Of a stretch of 62,164 nucleotides of DNA, positions 1 to 8,972 are shown one piece after another. The notes under the pieces were generated by a model. The model saw nothing but the letters and a program-made list of their open reading frames with translations. It had not been told where the DNA came from and ran no database searches. The DNA lies in the NCBI GenBank assembly GCA_036517175.1, contig DATDXQ010000002.1, positions 1 to 62,164 on the forward strand. Reading direction: 5' to 3'. Every line of letters starts with the position of its first letter. Position 1 is the first letter of the stretch. A program made the translations under genes and the position numbers. The stretch comes from Minisyncoccota bacterium. GTDB taxonomy: Bacteria > Patescibacteriota > Minisyncoccia > 2-02-FULL-40-12 > IGHO2-01-FULL-4-A.

Positions 1-141
1 CAAGCCGCGAGGCGGAGCTAATCCCATCAAACCTCCCCCCAGTTCGGATTGGAGGCTGCAACTTGCCTCCATGAAGCCGGAATCGCTAGTAATCGCAGAT
101 CAGCACGCTGCGGTGAATACGTTCTCGAGTCTTGCACTCAC

Positions 142-996
142 AATAACCGCGCACAGCAGGTTATAGAACTAGGCAGTTCAAATCTGTCCCTCTAATAATA
201 CCCGATTAGAGCGTAGCCAATAGATAGTCACAAGCCGTGAGGCGCGTGGCAGAGGATCTTGAGGCAAATTACAGCCTATATATAAAAACGGCTGTCGAGC
301 CATGAATAGGCGGTGAGCATGGCGAAGACACAAGAAAACCGTTATAGGATGCAAGGAAAAGTTTTATAACTAACCTGTGGAGATCTAATATTGTACTTGA
401 CGCAGCGTCAGGTTAAAATGGGATTGACGCAATATTAGAAGTCAGCTGAGTCATAGTATCCAAAATTTAAAAAGGAGAAGGACTCACTTTTAGTGAAATG
501 TTAAATCCAGATTACATAGTGGGGTTGGTAGACGGTGAAGGAAGTTTTACCATTTATATTCGCAATCCAGATACAACTAAAGTAAGCAATCGAAGGGTGG
601 TAGCTGAGCCTAAATTTTACCTAAAGTTGGTGGAAAAAGACAAAGACATCCTCTACCAATTAAAAAATTTCTTCGGATGTGGTAATGTTTATTTTCAAAA
701 AGACAATCGATCCAACCACCAGAATTGTTACAGATATGAAGTCTTTAATTGGGGACAACTAGAAAAAATAATTATCCCTTTTTTCAAGAAAAATAGGTTG
801 AAACTTAAATCTAAAAAAAAGGATTTTAAAATTTTTTGCAACCTGTTTAATAGACTTCTTAATAAAGAACATCTAAAAAAACCTGGACTAAAAAGGCTTT
901 ACCAAATAAAGCAATTAATGCACTAGGAGCTCGCGTAGTGCGGGAAATCCGCTCGCTACGTGGGAACATCAATTCTTTAATTCCAAAGAAGATAAT
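142..996 (+). mobile_element. Intron-like insertion in 16S (probably group I) carrying a homing endonuclease ORF
   Basis: The universal block ..TTG.AC.CAC / CGCCCGTCA is split by about 855 nt. A LAGLIDADG ORF lies inside. Boundaries were inferred by alignment by eye to the E. coli 16S consensus around position 1400. Confidence 0.75.
498..926 (+). CDS. LAGLIDADG homing endonuclease (single-motif type)
   Basis: N-terminal motif YIVGLVDGEGSF. Size is 142 aa and the ORF lies inside the rRNA insertion. Confidence 0.85.
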   Translation: MLNPDYIVGLVDGEGSFTIYIRNPDTTKVSNRRVVAEPKFYLKLVEKDKDILYQLKNFFGCGNVYFQKDNRSNHQNCYRYEVFNWGQLEKIIIPFFKKNRLKLKSKKKDFKIFCNLFNRLLNKEHLKKPGLKRLYQIKQLMH

Positions 997-1308
997 CGCC
1001 CGTCAATGCAGGGAAGCCGGAGATACCCGAAGCTCCATATTATTATGTGGGACCACGGTAGAGTCGGTGACAAGGCATAAGTCGTAACAAGGCACGGGTA
1101 GCGGAAGCTGCTCGTGGATCACCTCCTTTCTAAAACTTCTTAAAGGGTTTTAGAACAAGGTGTCGATATAGATTATGCGATGTTCGCTCGTCGATACGAG
1201 ACCATCGCGTGATTTATGGTCATCCGTTTTGACCTATTCAAACGGCGTTTGGAGCTAGACATGTCGAATAATGTCTGCCTGGTTAACGATAAGAGATCAT
1301 ATACAAAA

Positions 1309-1331
1309 CCCCGCCTCAAGGCGGGGTTTTG
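1309..1331 (+). terminator. Intrinsic terminator about 180 nt after the 16S 3' end
   Basis: CCCCGCC-TCAA-GGCGGGG followed by TTTTG. An A-run lies upstream, so it may act in both directions. Confidence 0.6.
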
Positions 1332-1596
1332 TAATAAAAAAGCAGTGACATATCACTGCGCTTGCTATTTGGAGTCTGAATCCCTTAAGCTTTGGTCTAA
1401 GGATTTTATGAAATCTATAGACCTGGCGACAAGGTGGTACCGATTATCAATTATACTACCACCAATTCCACCTATAAGTGCAAAAACAAACATGAGGAGG
1501 ATACGCAAAATTAGACCTCGCTTTTCTATGCAATAAAAATACTAGTAGTCATTATATTAAATATTATAACTAATGTCAAATAAATACTTCCTATCA

Positions 1597-1622
1597 AAAA
1601 CCGCCTATTGAGCGGTTTTTGA
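1597..1622. terminator. Bidirectional-looking intrinsic terminator
   Basis: AAAAACCGC-CTATTGA-GCGGTTTTT. Confidence 0.5.
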
Positions 1623-1815
1623 TTAGATATTAGATTTTCTAGACTCATCTTTCATAAGCCTAATCTTTTTGATCTTTTCTTTTAATCTTGCGGCGAGGAG
1701 TTCAATAAATCTATCGTCACCCAACTCATTTATCTCAGCTTCTGGATGTAGACTAGAAATATACATACCCATAATCTATTGGGTACAGCATTGTCCAAAC
1801 GGTTAAATCTCATAG

Positions 1816-2589
1816 TTATTTAATCTGATAAGTAAGCGTAACATTAACAGTTATCTCATTTTCTCCTGGCGGTAATGACGGGCCCTTATTGGCAGACATG
1901 GCTTCAAAGCCTCCGTAGCCTCCGCCTCGATCATATGCGTATCCATATATATCCTCGTAGAAATTAATAATCTTACCAAGCTTAATACCGATCTTACCCT
2001 TTAACTCATCTGCTTTTTCTTTTGCATCTGCTATAGCCAAAGCTCTGGCTTCAGATCTTACTTTCTCAGGATCTTCAATTGAGAAACCTAGATTGGTAAC
2101 ATTATTTACCCCGTTGGAAACAAGACCATCAACGAGATCACTCAACTTATCAAAATCTCTTACCTTAAGCTGGAAGCCTTGAGTCACCTGATAACCGGTT
2201 ATTCTTGCCGCATCAGGCGCAACTGGCACAGCAGCATCATAAATTATCGGGGGTCTGATCTGTGAATATTGCGGATAGATATTGTAGTAAGTCGTTTTAA
2301 TATCCTTGTCTTCAATGCCTTGTTTCTTAAGAAAATCAACTATTGATTGCGATTTCCTTGAGTTAGTATCTTGAGCTGCTTTAGAATTAACCGCCTCGGT
2401 AATAATACTAAAGTCTAGAGTTGAAATATCAGGCTTTGCAAATACTTTACCTTGACCGCTAAAAGAAACTACATTGGTAGTAGTGGCTGTATTAAGCTTC
2501 TGATTAATACCCACAAGCAAAAAGATGGCAGATACTATTACGAGAACAGCGATCGACCAATAGATTATTGTCTTTTGTATTGTATTCAT
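1816..2589 (-). CDS. SIMPL/DUF541-family secreted protein
   Basis: N-terminal TM/signal. The overall pattern (KPDISTLDFSI.., ..ARALAIADAKEKA.., ..ITVNVTLTYQI) is typical of 26 kDa periplasmic immunogenic protein-like (SIMPL) proteins. Confidence 0.65.
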   Translation of the reverse strand: MNTIQKTIIYWSIAVLVIVSAIFLLVGINQKLNTATTTNVVSFSGQGKVFAKPDISTLDFSIITEAVNSKAAQDTNSRKSQSIVDFLKKQGIEDKDIKTTYYNIYPQYSQIRPPIIYDAAVPVAPDAARITGYQVTQGFQLKVRDFDKLSDLVDGLVSNGVNNVTNLGFSIEDPEKVRSEARALAIADAKEKADELKGKIGIKLGKIINFYEDIYGYAYDRGGGYGGFEAMSANKGPSLPPGENEITVNVTLTYQIK

Positions 2590-2737
2590 CCCGAATGAAG
2601 TAACTGCTCCACAGTCTTACACAAATGTTAGGACTGATTAACAGAAACTCTGGATTATATATTAACTATTGTACAATAAGCCCGTAAGGGTTACTTCATA
2701 CGGGATTCATATATATCTATATATTATCAGCTTAGTT

Positions 2738-3241
2738 ATGCCAAGACAAGTATATTTAATTATCAATAATATCCGCAGTGCCTACAATGTGGGGTCTATT
2801 TTACGCACAGCAGATGGAGCAGGTGTGACCAAAATTTTTGTTTGTGGTATTTGTCCAAAGCCAAATGACGAAAAAGTAAAAAAGACAGCCTTAGGAGCTG
2901 AAAAAGAAGTGTCTTGGGAATATCACAAACAAACATGGAGACTACTCAAAAAACTCAAGAATGAAAATTCGAAGATCAAAATCTTAGCCCTTGAACGTTT
3001 CGACCCTTCAATAAAATTCAGGGCAAGCAAGCTAGACGTAATAAATATTTTTAAATACAGCCCGCCCAAAAATTATGACCTAGCTATTATTGTAGGTAAT
3101 GAGGTTACGGGGTTAAATAAAAAAATCCTGTCCTATGCGGACAAGATTGTTGAAATCCCAATGCTTGGCAAGAAAGAATCACTAAATGTATCGGTGGCTA
3201 CCGGGATTGCTCTCTATACTATACTTAACAAAAAAGTTTGA
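2738..3241 (+). CDS. SpoU/TrmH-family RNA 2'-O-methyltransferase
   Basis: YLIINNIRSAYNVGSILRTADGAG.. and the C-terminal ..IPMLGKKESLNVSVATGIALY knot motif. The start was moved to the internal ATG at 2738. Confidence 0.75.
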   Translation: MPRQVYLIINNIRSAYNVGSILRTADGAGVTKIFVCGICPKPNDEKVKKTALGAEKEVSWEYHKQTWRLLKKLKNENSKIKILALERFDPSIKFRASKLDVINIFKYSPPKNYDLAIIVGNEVTGLNKKILSYADKIVEIPMLGKKESLNVSVATGIALYTILNKKV

Positions 3242-3328
3242 TTATTTTAGACTTAGTATCACCTTCGGCCTCTGCCGCAGCAAGAAGATAGCAGTCACAA
3301 ATAACCTCCTACTTAAACAACTGTTTCA

Positions 3329-3967
3329 ATGAAACTACCAAACAAAACTCTGGAACGCAAACTACTAAACCAAGGTTACCAATATGTAATTGGTATAGAC
3401 GAAGTCGGCATGGGCTGCCTTGCCGGACCAGTTGTAGTCTGCGCCACATTATTCACAAAAGATTTTTTCGATAAAAAACATAAGAACCTCCGTTGGTTAA
3501 GAGATTCAAAATTGCTTTTGCCCAGTCAACGGGAAAAATTCGCCAATGAATTGATCGGAAACAAGGAATTACGTTTCAGTATCGCTTACGCCAAACCAGC
3601 AACCATCGATCGAATCAACATTTATCAAGCAGCCCGCAAAGCAATGGTCTTATCACTGAAAAAAATTGGCGTTGATTTAAAAAAGACCATGGTTCTTGTA
3701 GACGGCAATACAACTATTAAAGGAGTCCTAGCAAATCAGCTAGCCATAGTTAAGGGGGATAGGAGAATATTCAGCATCGCTGCGGCATCAATCATTGCAA
3801 AGGTTACCAGAGACAAAATGATGACCCATTACTCTAAAAAATATCCTAATTACGGCTTTGAGAAACACAAAGGTTATGGAACAAAACTCCATCAAACAAT
3901 GTTAATCAAGAATGGTCCTTGTGAAATACACAGAAAATCATTTGCTCCAGTATCAAAATTACTATAA
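3329..3967 (+). CDS. rnhB: Ribonuclease HII
   Basis: The DEVGMGCLAGPVV and ..DSKLL.. motifs plus a C-terminal HRKSF. Confidence 0.85.
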   Translation: MKLPNKTLERKLLNQGYQYVIGIDEVGMGCLAGPVVVCATLFTKDFFDKKHKNLRWLRDSKLLLPSQREKFANELIGNKELRFSIAYAKPATIDRINIYQAARKAMVLSLKKIGVDLKKTMVLVDGNTTIKGVLANQLAIVKGDRRIFSIAAASIIAKVTRDKMMTHYSKKYPNYGFEKHKGYGTKLHQTMLIKNGPCEIHRKSFAPVSKLL

Positions 3968-3979
3968 ACTAAAGCTATT

Positions 3980-5017
3980 ATGATAAAAGTTGCGATCAAT
4001 GGATTCGGAAGAATTGGAAGAATATTTTTCAGACAAGCGCTCAACCAATCAGATTTGGAGGTTGTAGCAATCAACGACCTGGGTTCACCGGAAAATTTGG
4101 CGTACTTGCTTAAATACGATACGGTCTATGGCCGTTATGATAAGGAAGTAGGGGTTAGTGGCAATAAATTAGTCGTGGGACCTGCTTCGCACGAGGCTAC
4201 GCAGGACGGAAAGCACGAGGTACTCGTACTTTCCGAAAAAGATCCGGCAGCTCTACCGTGGAAAGAACTTGGAGTAGATATAGTAATAGAATCCACTGGT
4301 GTTTTTGATTCCAAAGAAAAAGCCATGCCTCACATTACAGCCGGAGCGAAACATGTAATCATAACCGCTCCCACAAAGGATGATATAACTCCGACCATGA
4401 CACCCGGATTGATGGATTTGTCTGACAGTTCAGAAAAAATAACTTCTAATGCATCTTGCACAACTAATGCTGTCAATCCAGTTATGGCGATCATGATGGC
4501 AAATCCAGGCATAAAAAAAGCACTTCTTACTACAATTCACTCTTATACAGCTACTCAGGGACTTGTTGATGGGCCTGACAAGCACGGAGATTTTCGTCGA
4601 GCACGTGCAGCAGCACAAAACATAGTACCCTCAACTACTGGGGCCGCAGTGGCCACTTTCAAAGTTTTACCAAAGTTGATCGGCAAATTTGACGGTATTG
4701 CGCTTCGCGTACCGGTTATTTCAGGCTCTCTAATTGATATAACTTTTGTTGCCAGCCGCTCTACGTCAGTCGAAGAGATAAATAATATTTTCAGAGAAGC
4801 AGCTACCAAGCCGGAATGGCAGGGTATATTAACTGTAACCGAAGACCCGATAGTATCTAGCGACATCCTTAAGAACCCACATGGATCAATAATAGATCCT
4901 GCTCTCACAAGAGTTGTTGATGGAGATTTGGTAAAAGTATTTTCTTGGTATGATAATGAATGGGGCTACTGTGCCATGTTATTGAGACACATTCTTGAAG
5001 TAGCAAAAATAATTTAA
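3980..5017 (+). CDS. gap: Glyceraldehyde-3-phosphate dehydrogenase
   Basis: INGFGRIGR NAD-binding motif, active-site SNASCTTN, and C-terminal WYDNEWGY. Confidence 0.9.
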   Translation: MIKVAINGFGRIGRIFFRQALNQSDLEVVAINDLGSPENLAYLLKYDTVYGRYDKEVGVSGNKLVVGPASHEATQDGKHEVLVLSEKDPAALPWKELGVDIVIESTGVFDSKEKAMPHITAGAKHVIITAPTKDDITPTMTPGLMDLSDSSEKITSNASCTTNAVNPVMAIMMANPGIKKALLTTIHSYTATQGLVDGPDKHGDFRRARAAAQNIVPSTTGAAVATFKVLPKLIGKFDGIALRVPVISGSLIDITFVASRSTSVEEINNIFREAATKPEWQGILTVTEDPIVSSDILKNPHGSIIDPALTRVVDGDLVKVFSWYDNEWGYCAMLLRHILEVAKII

Positions 5018-5295
5018 TGTCTAATTTCTCTATCCTTATTGATGTCCTGCCGTTAATGATAGCAAAAGTATTTTTATTCCTTTTGTTATACAGATTTGTG
5101 TTTTTTATCATTTCTATAAAAAATGGGGAACCGACATCATTCAAAATATTTAAAACGTATGTACTGGTTTTTGTGTTGTGCTATCTGTTTTATATTGCTA
5201 ATTTCGTATTCAGATACGGCAACACGGACATATCAGCCATATGGGATCAGAGCGGATACTTTTTATCATATATATTTAGTTTTAGATTATTTTAA
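5017..5295 (+). CDS. Small hydrophobic hypothetical protein
   Basis: ORF with 2-3 predicted TM segments. No recognisable family. Confidence 0.3.
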   Translation: MSNFSILIDVLPLMIAKVFLFLLLYRFVFFIISIKNGEPTSFKIFKTYVLVFVLCYLFYIANFVFRYGNTDISAIWDQSGYFLSYIFSFRLF

Positions 5296-5308
5296 TTGAT
5301 TGTTTGAC

Positions 5309-6226
5309 ATGCTTCATCTACATGAAAGTAAAATAAAAGAATTGGAGGAAAAGGCAAATCAGGCTCGCCAGCTTTTAATTGAGATGCTGGTTGAAGCGGG
5401 GAGTGGACACACGGCAGGACCATTGGGCATGGCCGATGTATTCACGGCTTTTTATTTTCATATCCTCAACCACGATCCGGCCAATCCTGAATGGGAAGAC
5501 CGGGACAGACTAATACTATCCAATGGCCACATCACGCCCATACGCTATGCTCTTATGGCAATGTCCGGTTATTTTCCAACAGAAGAATTAAAAACTCTGC
5601 GCAAGTTTGGCACAAGATTACAGGGACACCCCGAACGAGAACGTCTGCCCGGCGTTGAGACAACTTCCGGTCCTCTGGGCTCGGGCTTAGGTCAGGCCTG
5701 TGGTATTGCTTATGGGGCACGTATGTCCGCCAAGGGCGGATCCGCCTCCGACGGAGATACACTAAAGTTCCGCACCTATTGTTTTATGTCCGACGGCGAA
5801 CACGATTCAGGTGTTTTGTGGGAATCGGTCCTATTTGCCGGCAAAAACAAACTGTCTAACCTGACGGGGCTAATCGATCGCAACAATATACAGATAGACG
5901 GGATGACGGAAAACATAATGCCACTTGAACCGCTCAAAGAAAAATATGAGGCATTTGGTTGGCATGTTTTGGATATTGACGGCCATAACTTTGAAGAAAT
6001 AGCTGATGCCGTTGAGCAAGCCAAAGCAATTTACGAAAAACCGACAGTTATTATTTCACACAATATTCCGGGGAAGGGAATCAAAGAAATTGAGTTCGAT
6101 TATCGTTGGCACGGTAGCCCACCAGGAGCAGGCCCAGAAGATGTTTTCAAGAAAGATGAACAAAGTAAGAAATTTTTGGAAGAATTACGGACTCTAGGAG
6201 GTAAGCTAGAAAGTGAGCATCAATAA
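5309..6226 (+). CDS. Transketolase, N-terminal subunit
   Basis: GSGHTAGPLGMADV and ..ILSNGH.. TPP-binding motifs. The ATG at 5309 is preferred over the TTG at 5300. Confidence 0.85.
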   Translation: MLHLHESKIKELEEKANQARQLLIEMLVEAGSGHTAGPLGMADVFTAFYFHILNHDPANPEWEDRDRLILSNGHITPIRYALMAMSGYFPTEELKTLRKFGTRLQGHPERERLPGVETTSGPLGSGLGQACGIAYGARMSAKGGSASDGDTLKFRTYCFMSDGEHDSGVLWESVLFAGKNKLSNLTGLIDRNNIQIDGMTENIMPLEPLKEKYEAFGWHVLDIDGHNFEEIADAVEQAKAIYEKPTVIISHNIPGKGIKEIEFDYRWHGSPPGAGPEDVFKKDEQSKKFLEELRTLGGKLESEHQ

Positions 6227-6319
6227 TAAATAGGATGTAGAAGCTAGAAAATAGAAAGTAGAGTTTTAATTCTATTTTCTATTTACTGTTTTCTAATTTC
6301 TAAAGATTGGAGGTGTTTT

Positions 6320-6622
6320 ATGCATAATGTAAATTGCAAATGTGTGCATCATTGGGTAGCCAAGATATTGGTTGTTCTAGCTTGGGTTTCTGCGGTAGTT
6401 TATTGTTGGGCAGCCTGGAGGTCTGTTTTGGTTTGGAATATTGACGCTACACAGTGGTTTTATCATGTGGTTGTATTTGTTTTGTTGGCTTTCAGCATGA
6501 AGTTCTGTGGTTGCTGTTGGAAACGCAAAATGATGAACGGGGCCAGCTGCGTTTGTTCATGCGGCAGTTGCCAAGGAGGAGTGTGCGGCGGGAAACATAA
6601 CGAAGGTCACCAGCACGCTTAA
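6320..6622 (+). CDS. Cys/His-rich small membrane protein, hypothetical
   Basis: Strong SD (GGAGGTG) 7 nt upstream. Two or three TM segments and a C-terminal tail CGCCW..CVCSCGSCQGGVCGGKHNEGHQHA. Confidence 0.5.
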   Translation: MHNVNCKCVHHWVAKILVVLAWVSAVVYCWAAWRSVLVWNIDATQWFYHVVVFVLLAFSMKFCGCCWKRKMMNGASCVCSCGSCQGGVCGGKHNEGHQHA

Positions 6623-6683
6623 TAATCGGATTTTTACCCACCGCCTTTATTGGCGGTGAGATAAGAAACTATTTTTAACTTTT

Positions 6684-6962
6684 ATGAAAAAGATTTTTGC
6701 AATTATTCAGATCATAGCAGGAACGTATGGATTATTGGTAATTTTTAGAATACTGGGAATAATGAACGGCTATGCCACAAAAATTTTTAAAAACTTGCCA
6801 TCGGTTTTACTTATATCAGCACTTTTATTCACTTTTGTTTGCGGCATTTTTATTCTTAAAAATCTTAATAAGAGGTGGCCGATATATATTTCAATATTGG
6901 CATGGGTTTTAGTAGCAATATCATACTTTTATTTTATCTCACAGTTTGGATTTGAGTATTAA
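6684..6962 (+). CDS. Small membrane protein, hypothetical
   Basis: Three hydrophobic segments. No family recognised. Confidence 0.35.
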   Translation: MKKIFAIIQIIAGTYGLLVIFRILGIMNGYATKIFKNLPSVLLISALLFTFVCGIFILKNLNKRWPIYISILAWVLVAISYFYFISQFGFEY

Positions 6963-6966
6963 ATAC

Positions 6967-7959
6967 ATGTTAAACACGGACGCAAAATTAGTCGCTAATT
7001 TATTTGATAAATCTACGCTAGAAATGGCAGCCACTAGAGCCGGTTATGGTTTGGGCTTAGTTGAAGCAGGTGGGAAAGATGAGCGAGTGGTAGTGCTTTG
7101 TGCTGATCTTACTGAATCAACCCGATCAGAGGGCTTCGCCAAAAACTTTCCTGAACGATTCATAGAGATGGGTGTAGCCGAACAAAATATGGCAGTAGTT
7201 GCCTCGGGATTAGCCAACTATGGCAAAATACCTTTCATTTCGTCATATGCTGCCTTCTCTCCTGGCCGCAACAATGAACAGATCCGTACAAATATTTGTA
7301 TTAATAATGTGCCCGTAAAAATAGGCGGAGCGCATGCGGGTATTTCAGTTGGTCCCGATGGAGCGACTCATCAAGCCCTCGAGGATATTGCTCTAATGCG
7401 AGTCCTGCCAAGAATGGTTGTTGTTGTTCCATGCGACGCAGAAGAAACACGTAAGGCTACATTTGCCGCTGCATTTAATGGTTCGCCTACATATATACGA
7501 TTCGGGCGTGAAAAGTCTCCGGTGTTTACAACCAAAGACACACCGTTTGAAATAGGGAAGGCCATCACATTAAGAGAGGGGGAGGACTGTGCAATCATCG
7601 GTTGCGGCATGTTGCTCTACAACGCTTTGGTTGCTGCAGAAGAACTATCAAAGGAGGGCATTGAGTGTATGGTTATTAATTCGCATACAGTTAAGCCCCT
7701 TGATGAAACTACTGTTATAGACGCCGCTCAAAAGTGTGGAGCTGTTGTTAGTGTTGAAGAACATCAAATTGCCGGCGGACTAGGTTCGGCCATTGCGGAA
7801 TGTCTATCTCGCAATTATCCTGTGCCACAAGAGTTTATAGGCGTCCAAGATAGGTTTGGTGAATCGGGTACGCCTGGTGAACTTTTGACAGCTTTTTATC
7901 TAGATGTTCCTGATATAAAAATGGCTGTAAAAAAGGCTATCGGCCGTAAAATTGATTGA
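6967..7959 (+). CDS. Transketolase, C-terminal subunit
   Basis: ..FIEMGVAEQNM.. pyrimidine-binding motif. The ATG at 6967 follows the stop of the previous ORF. Confidence 0.85.
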   Translation: MLNTDAKLVANLFDKSTLEMAATRAGYGLGLVEAGGKDERVVVLCADLTESTRSEGFAKNFPERFIEMGVAEQNMAVVASGLANYGKIPFISSYAAFSPGRNNEQIRTNICINNVPVKIGGAHAGISVGPDGATHQALEDIALMRVLPRMVVVVPCDAEETRKATFAAAFNGSPTYIRFGREKSPVFTTKDTPFEIGKAITLREGEDCAIIGCGMLLYNALVAAEELSKEGIECMVINSHTVKPLDETTVIDAAQKCGAVVSVEEHQIAGGLGSAIAECLSRNYPVPQEFIGVQDRFGESGTPGELLTAFYLDVPDIKMAVKKAIGRKID

Positions 7960-7988
7960 GCGTTTGTCCCGATTTGTCTAAAAATGTG

Positions 7989-8243
7989 ATGTTTTATTTT
8001 TATATTTTAGTTTCAGAAAAAACAGGAAAATATTATTATGGCTCAACGGAAAATTTTGATTTGAGACTAGCTCTTCATAATTCCGGAAAGGTAAAATCAA
8101 CGAAAAATAATTTACCTTGGAAAAATCTATTTGTTCAAAATTTTAACACACTTGCAGAAGCTCGGCAAAGAGAATTACAGGTCAAAAAATGGAAAAGTAG
8201 AGCCGCCATCGAAAGAATGATTAAACATCACATTTTTAGGTAA
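7989..8243 (+). CDS. GIY-YIG nuclease family small protein
   Basis: FYFYILVSEKTGKYYYGSTENFDLRLALHNSG matches the GIY..YIG..R..H pattern. Confidence 0.7.
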   Translation: MFYFYILVSEKTGKYYYGSTENFDLRLALHNSGKVKSTKNNLPWKNLFVQNFNTLAEARQRELQVKKWKSRAAIERMIKHHIFR

Positions 8244-8351
8244 CAAATCAAGGATCCTCGATTTTTCTATCCCGCCCAAAGAACGAGGATGAAAAATCGG
8301 GAGAATGGGAGTTGGGTCAATTAAGGAGTCGGTTAGAAAAGTAGTCGTTAG

Positions 8352-8518
8352 AAAAAAATAGGTTAATTTTTCTTTGTTTGTCTCGCACTTACAAATCTCA
8401 TCAAATTTACTTCGTTTTTCTAGATGAATACAATAGTGTCTTCATCAACGAAAAGCCTTGTAAATTTAATGGCATTTGTTCCTATGCGTCCAGAAAAGAA
8501 AAATTAACCTATTTTTTT
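8352..8518. repeat. MITE-like unit bounded by a perfect 24-bp inverted repeat
   Basis: AAAAAAATAGGTTAATTTTTCTTT at 8352-8375 has its exact reverse complement at 8495-8518. The two are separated by 119 bp of non-coding AT-rich DNA. Confidence 0.4.
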
Positions 8519-8548
8519 GCAAAATTACATCAGCTAGTGTGTTGCATG

Positions 8549-8604
8549 AAAACAGAAAAGGCCCGCGCAGGTCGGAACCCATATGGGTCTTTCCTGCACG
8601 AGCC
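8549..8604 (-). terminator. Intrinsic terminator of the GC-rich ORF
   Basis: On the minus strand there is a 12-bp GC-rich stem (8593-8604 with 8560-8571) plus an inner 5-bp stem. TTTTCTGTTTT follows, 6 nt after the stop codon. Confidence 0.6.
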
Positions 8605-8610
8605 GTGACT

Positions 8611-8916
8611 CTACCACACTAGAAGAGGGTATGGCGAGCCGGAAGTAAGTACGATGTTACTGGTTGGAGTTTTGTACAACTCCGACAGTGCCAGCAGGAC
8701 ACTATCCTCATCTATTCTCCGTACCGTGATCCTGTGATCCTCGTACTTTTCGTACGAGTGCCTTACGGCGTGAGTGTGCCCCTCCGGAATTTCCGGAAAA
8801 CCCTCCTTACCTTCCAGGGCAATTGTTACCGGGTTGTCATGTCCGGCCCGGAAACGAATAAATCCAGATCCTCTCTCGCCCCTGTACTCCAGAGGGTAAA
8901 TATAGTTCGCACTCAT
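8611..8916 (-). CDS. Hypothetical 101-aa protein, GC-rich relative to the flanks
   Basis: GGAGG SD lies 7 nt upstream of the ATG. The ORF has its own consensus promoter and terminator. No family recognised. Confidence 0.6.
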   Translation of the reverse strand: MSANYIYPLEYRGERGSGFIRFRAGHDNPVTIALEGKEGFPEIPEGHTHAVRHSYEKYEDHRITVRRIDEDSVLLALSELYKTPTSNIVLTSGSPYPLLVW

Positions 8917-8943
8917 TTTGCTACCTCCAATACCTATAACTCA

Positions 8944-8972
8944 ATTATACCACATTTTACAGATTTATGCAA
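8944..8972 (-). promoter_or_regulatory. Sigma-70-type promoter for 8611-8916
   Basis: Minus strand reads TTGCAT, 17 nt, TATAAT, with TG upstream of the -10. Confidence 0.5.

Larger units (their letters stand above)
1..1131 (+). rRNA. rrs: 16S rRNA, 3'-terminal part (5' end outside window), interrupted by an insertion at about 142-996
   Basis: Conserved 16S blocks GAATCGCTAGTAATCG and GCGGTGAATACGTTC lie before 142. CGCCCGTCA resumes at 997. GTCGTAACAAGG and GGATCACCTCCTTTCT (anti-SD) lie at 1081-1131. Confidence 0.9.

Noticed and set aside
1216-1536. 106-aa ORF downstream of the 16S gene
   Set aside because: It runs straight through a strong terminator hairpin (1309-1331), has no SD, and has an odd composition. 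It is most likely non-coding spacer.
1132-1815. Expected 16S-23S spacer and 23S start
   Set aside because: No 23S-like sequence is present. Two terminators and at most a doubtful 49-aa minus-strand ORF (1623-1772, no SD) occupy the region.
2669-3241. Possibility of an alternative genetic code (UGA sense), as in some CPR lineages
   Set aside because: Conserved genes are full length under the standard code, and at least one (the SpoU-family gene) ends in TGA. The standard code 11 fits.
4135-4908. Multiple minus-strand ORFs inside gap (similar cases lie inside tkt, virB4, PBP, pilB, ftsH, tyrS and the adhesin)
   Set aside because: They are antisense to confidently identified genes. They are short, have low-complexity translations, and have no ribosome-binding sites.
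8560-8640. tRNA-like strings (TAGTGTGGTAGAG, GGGTTCCGACC on the minus strand) suggesting a tRNA or tmRNA end
   Set aside because: No acceptor stem or T-arm can be completed. The segment is fully explained by the 3' end of the 8611-8916 ORF plus its long terminator hairpin.
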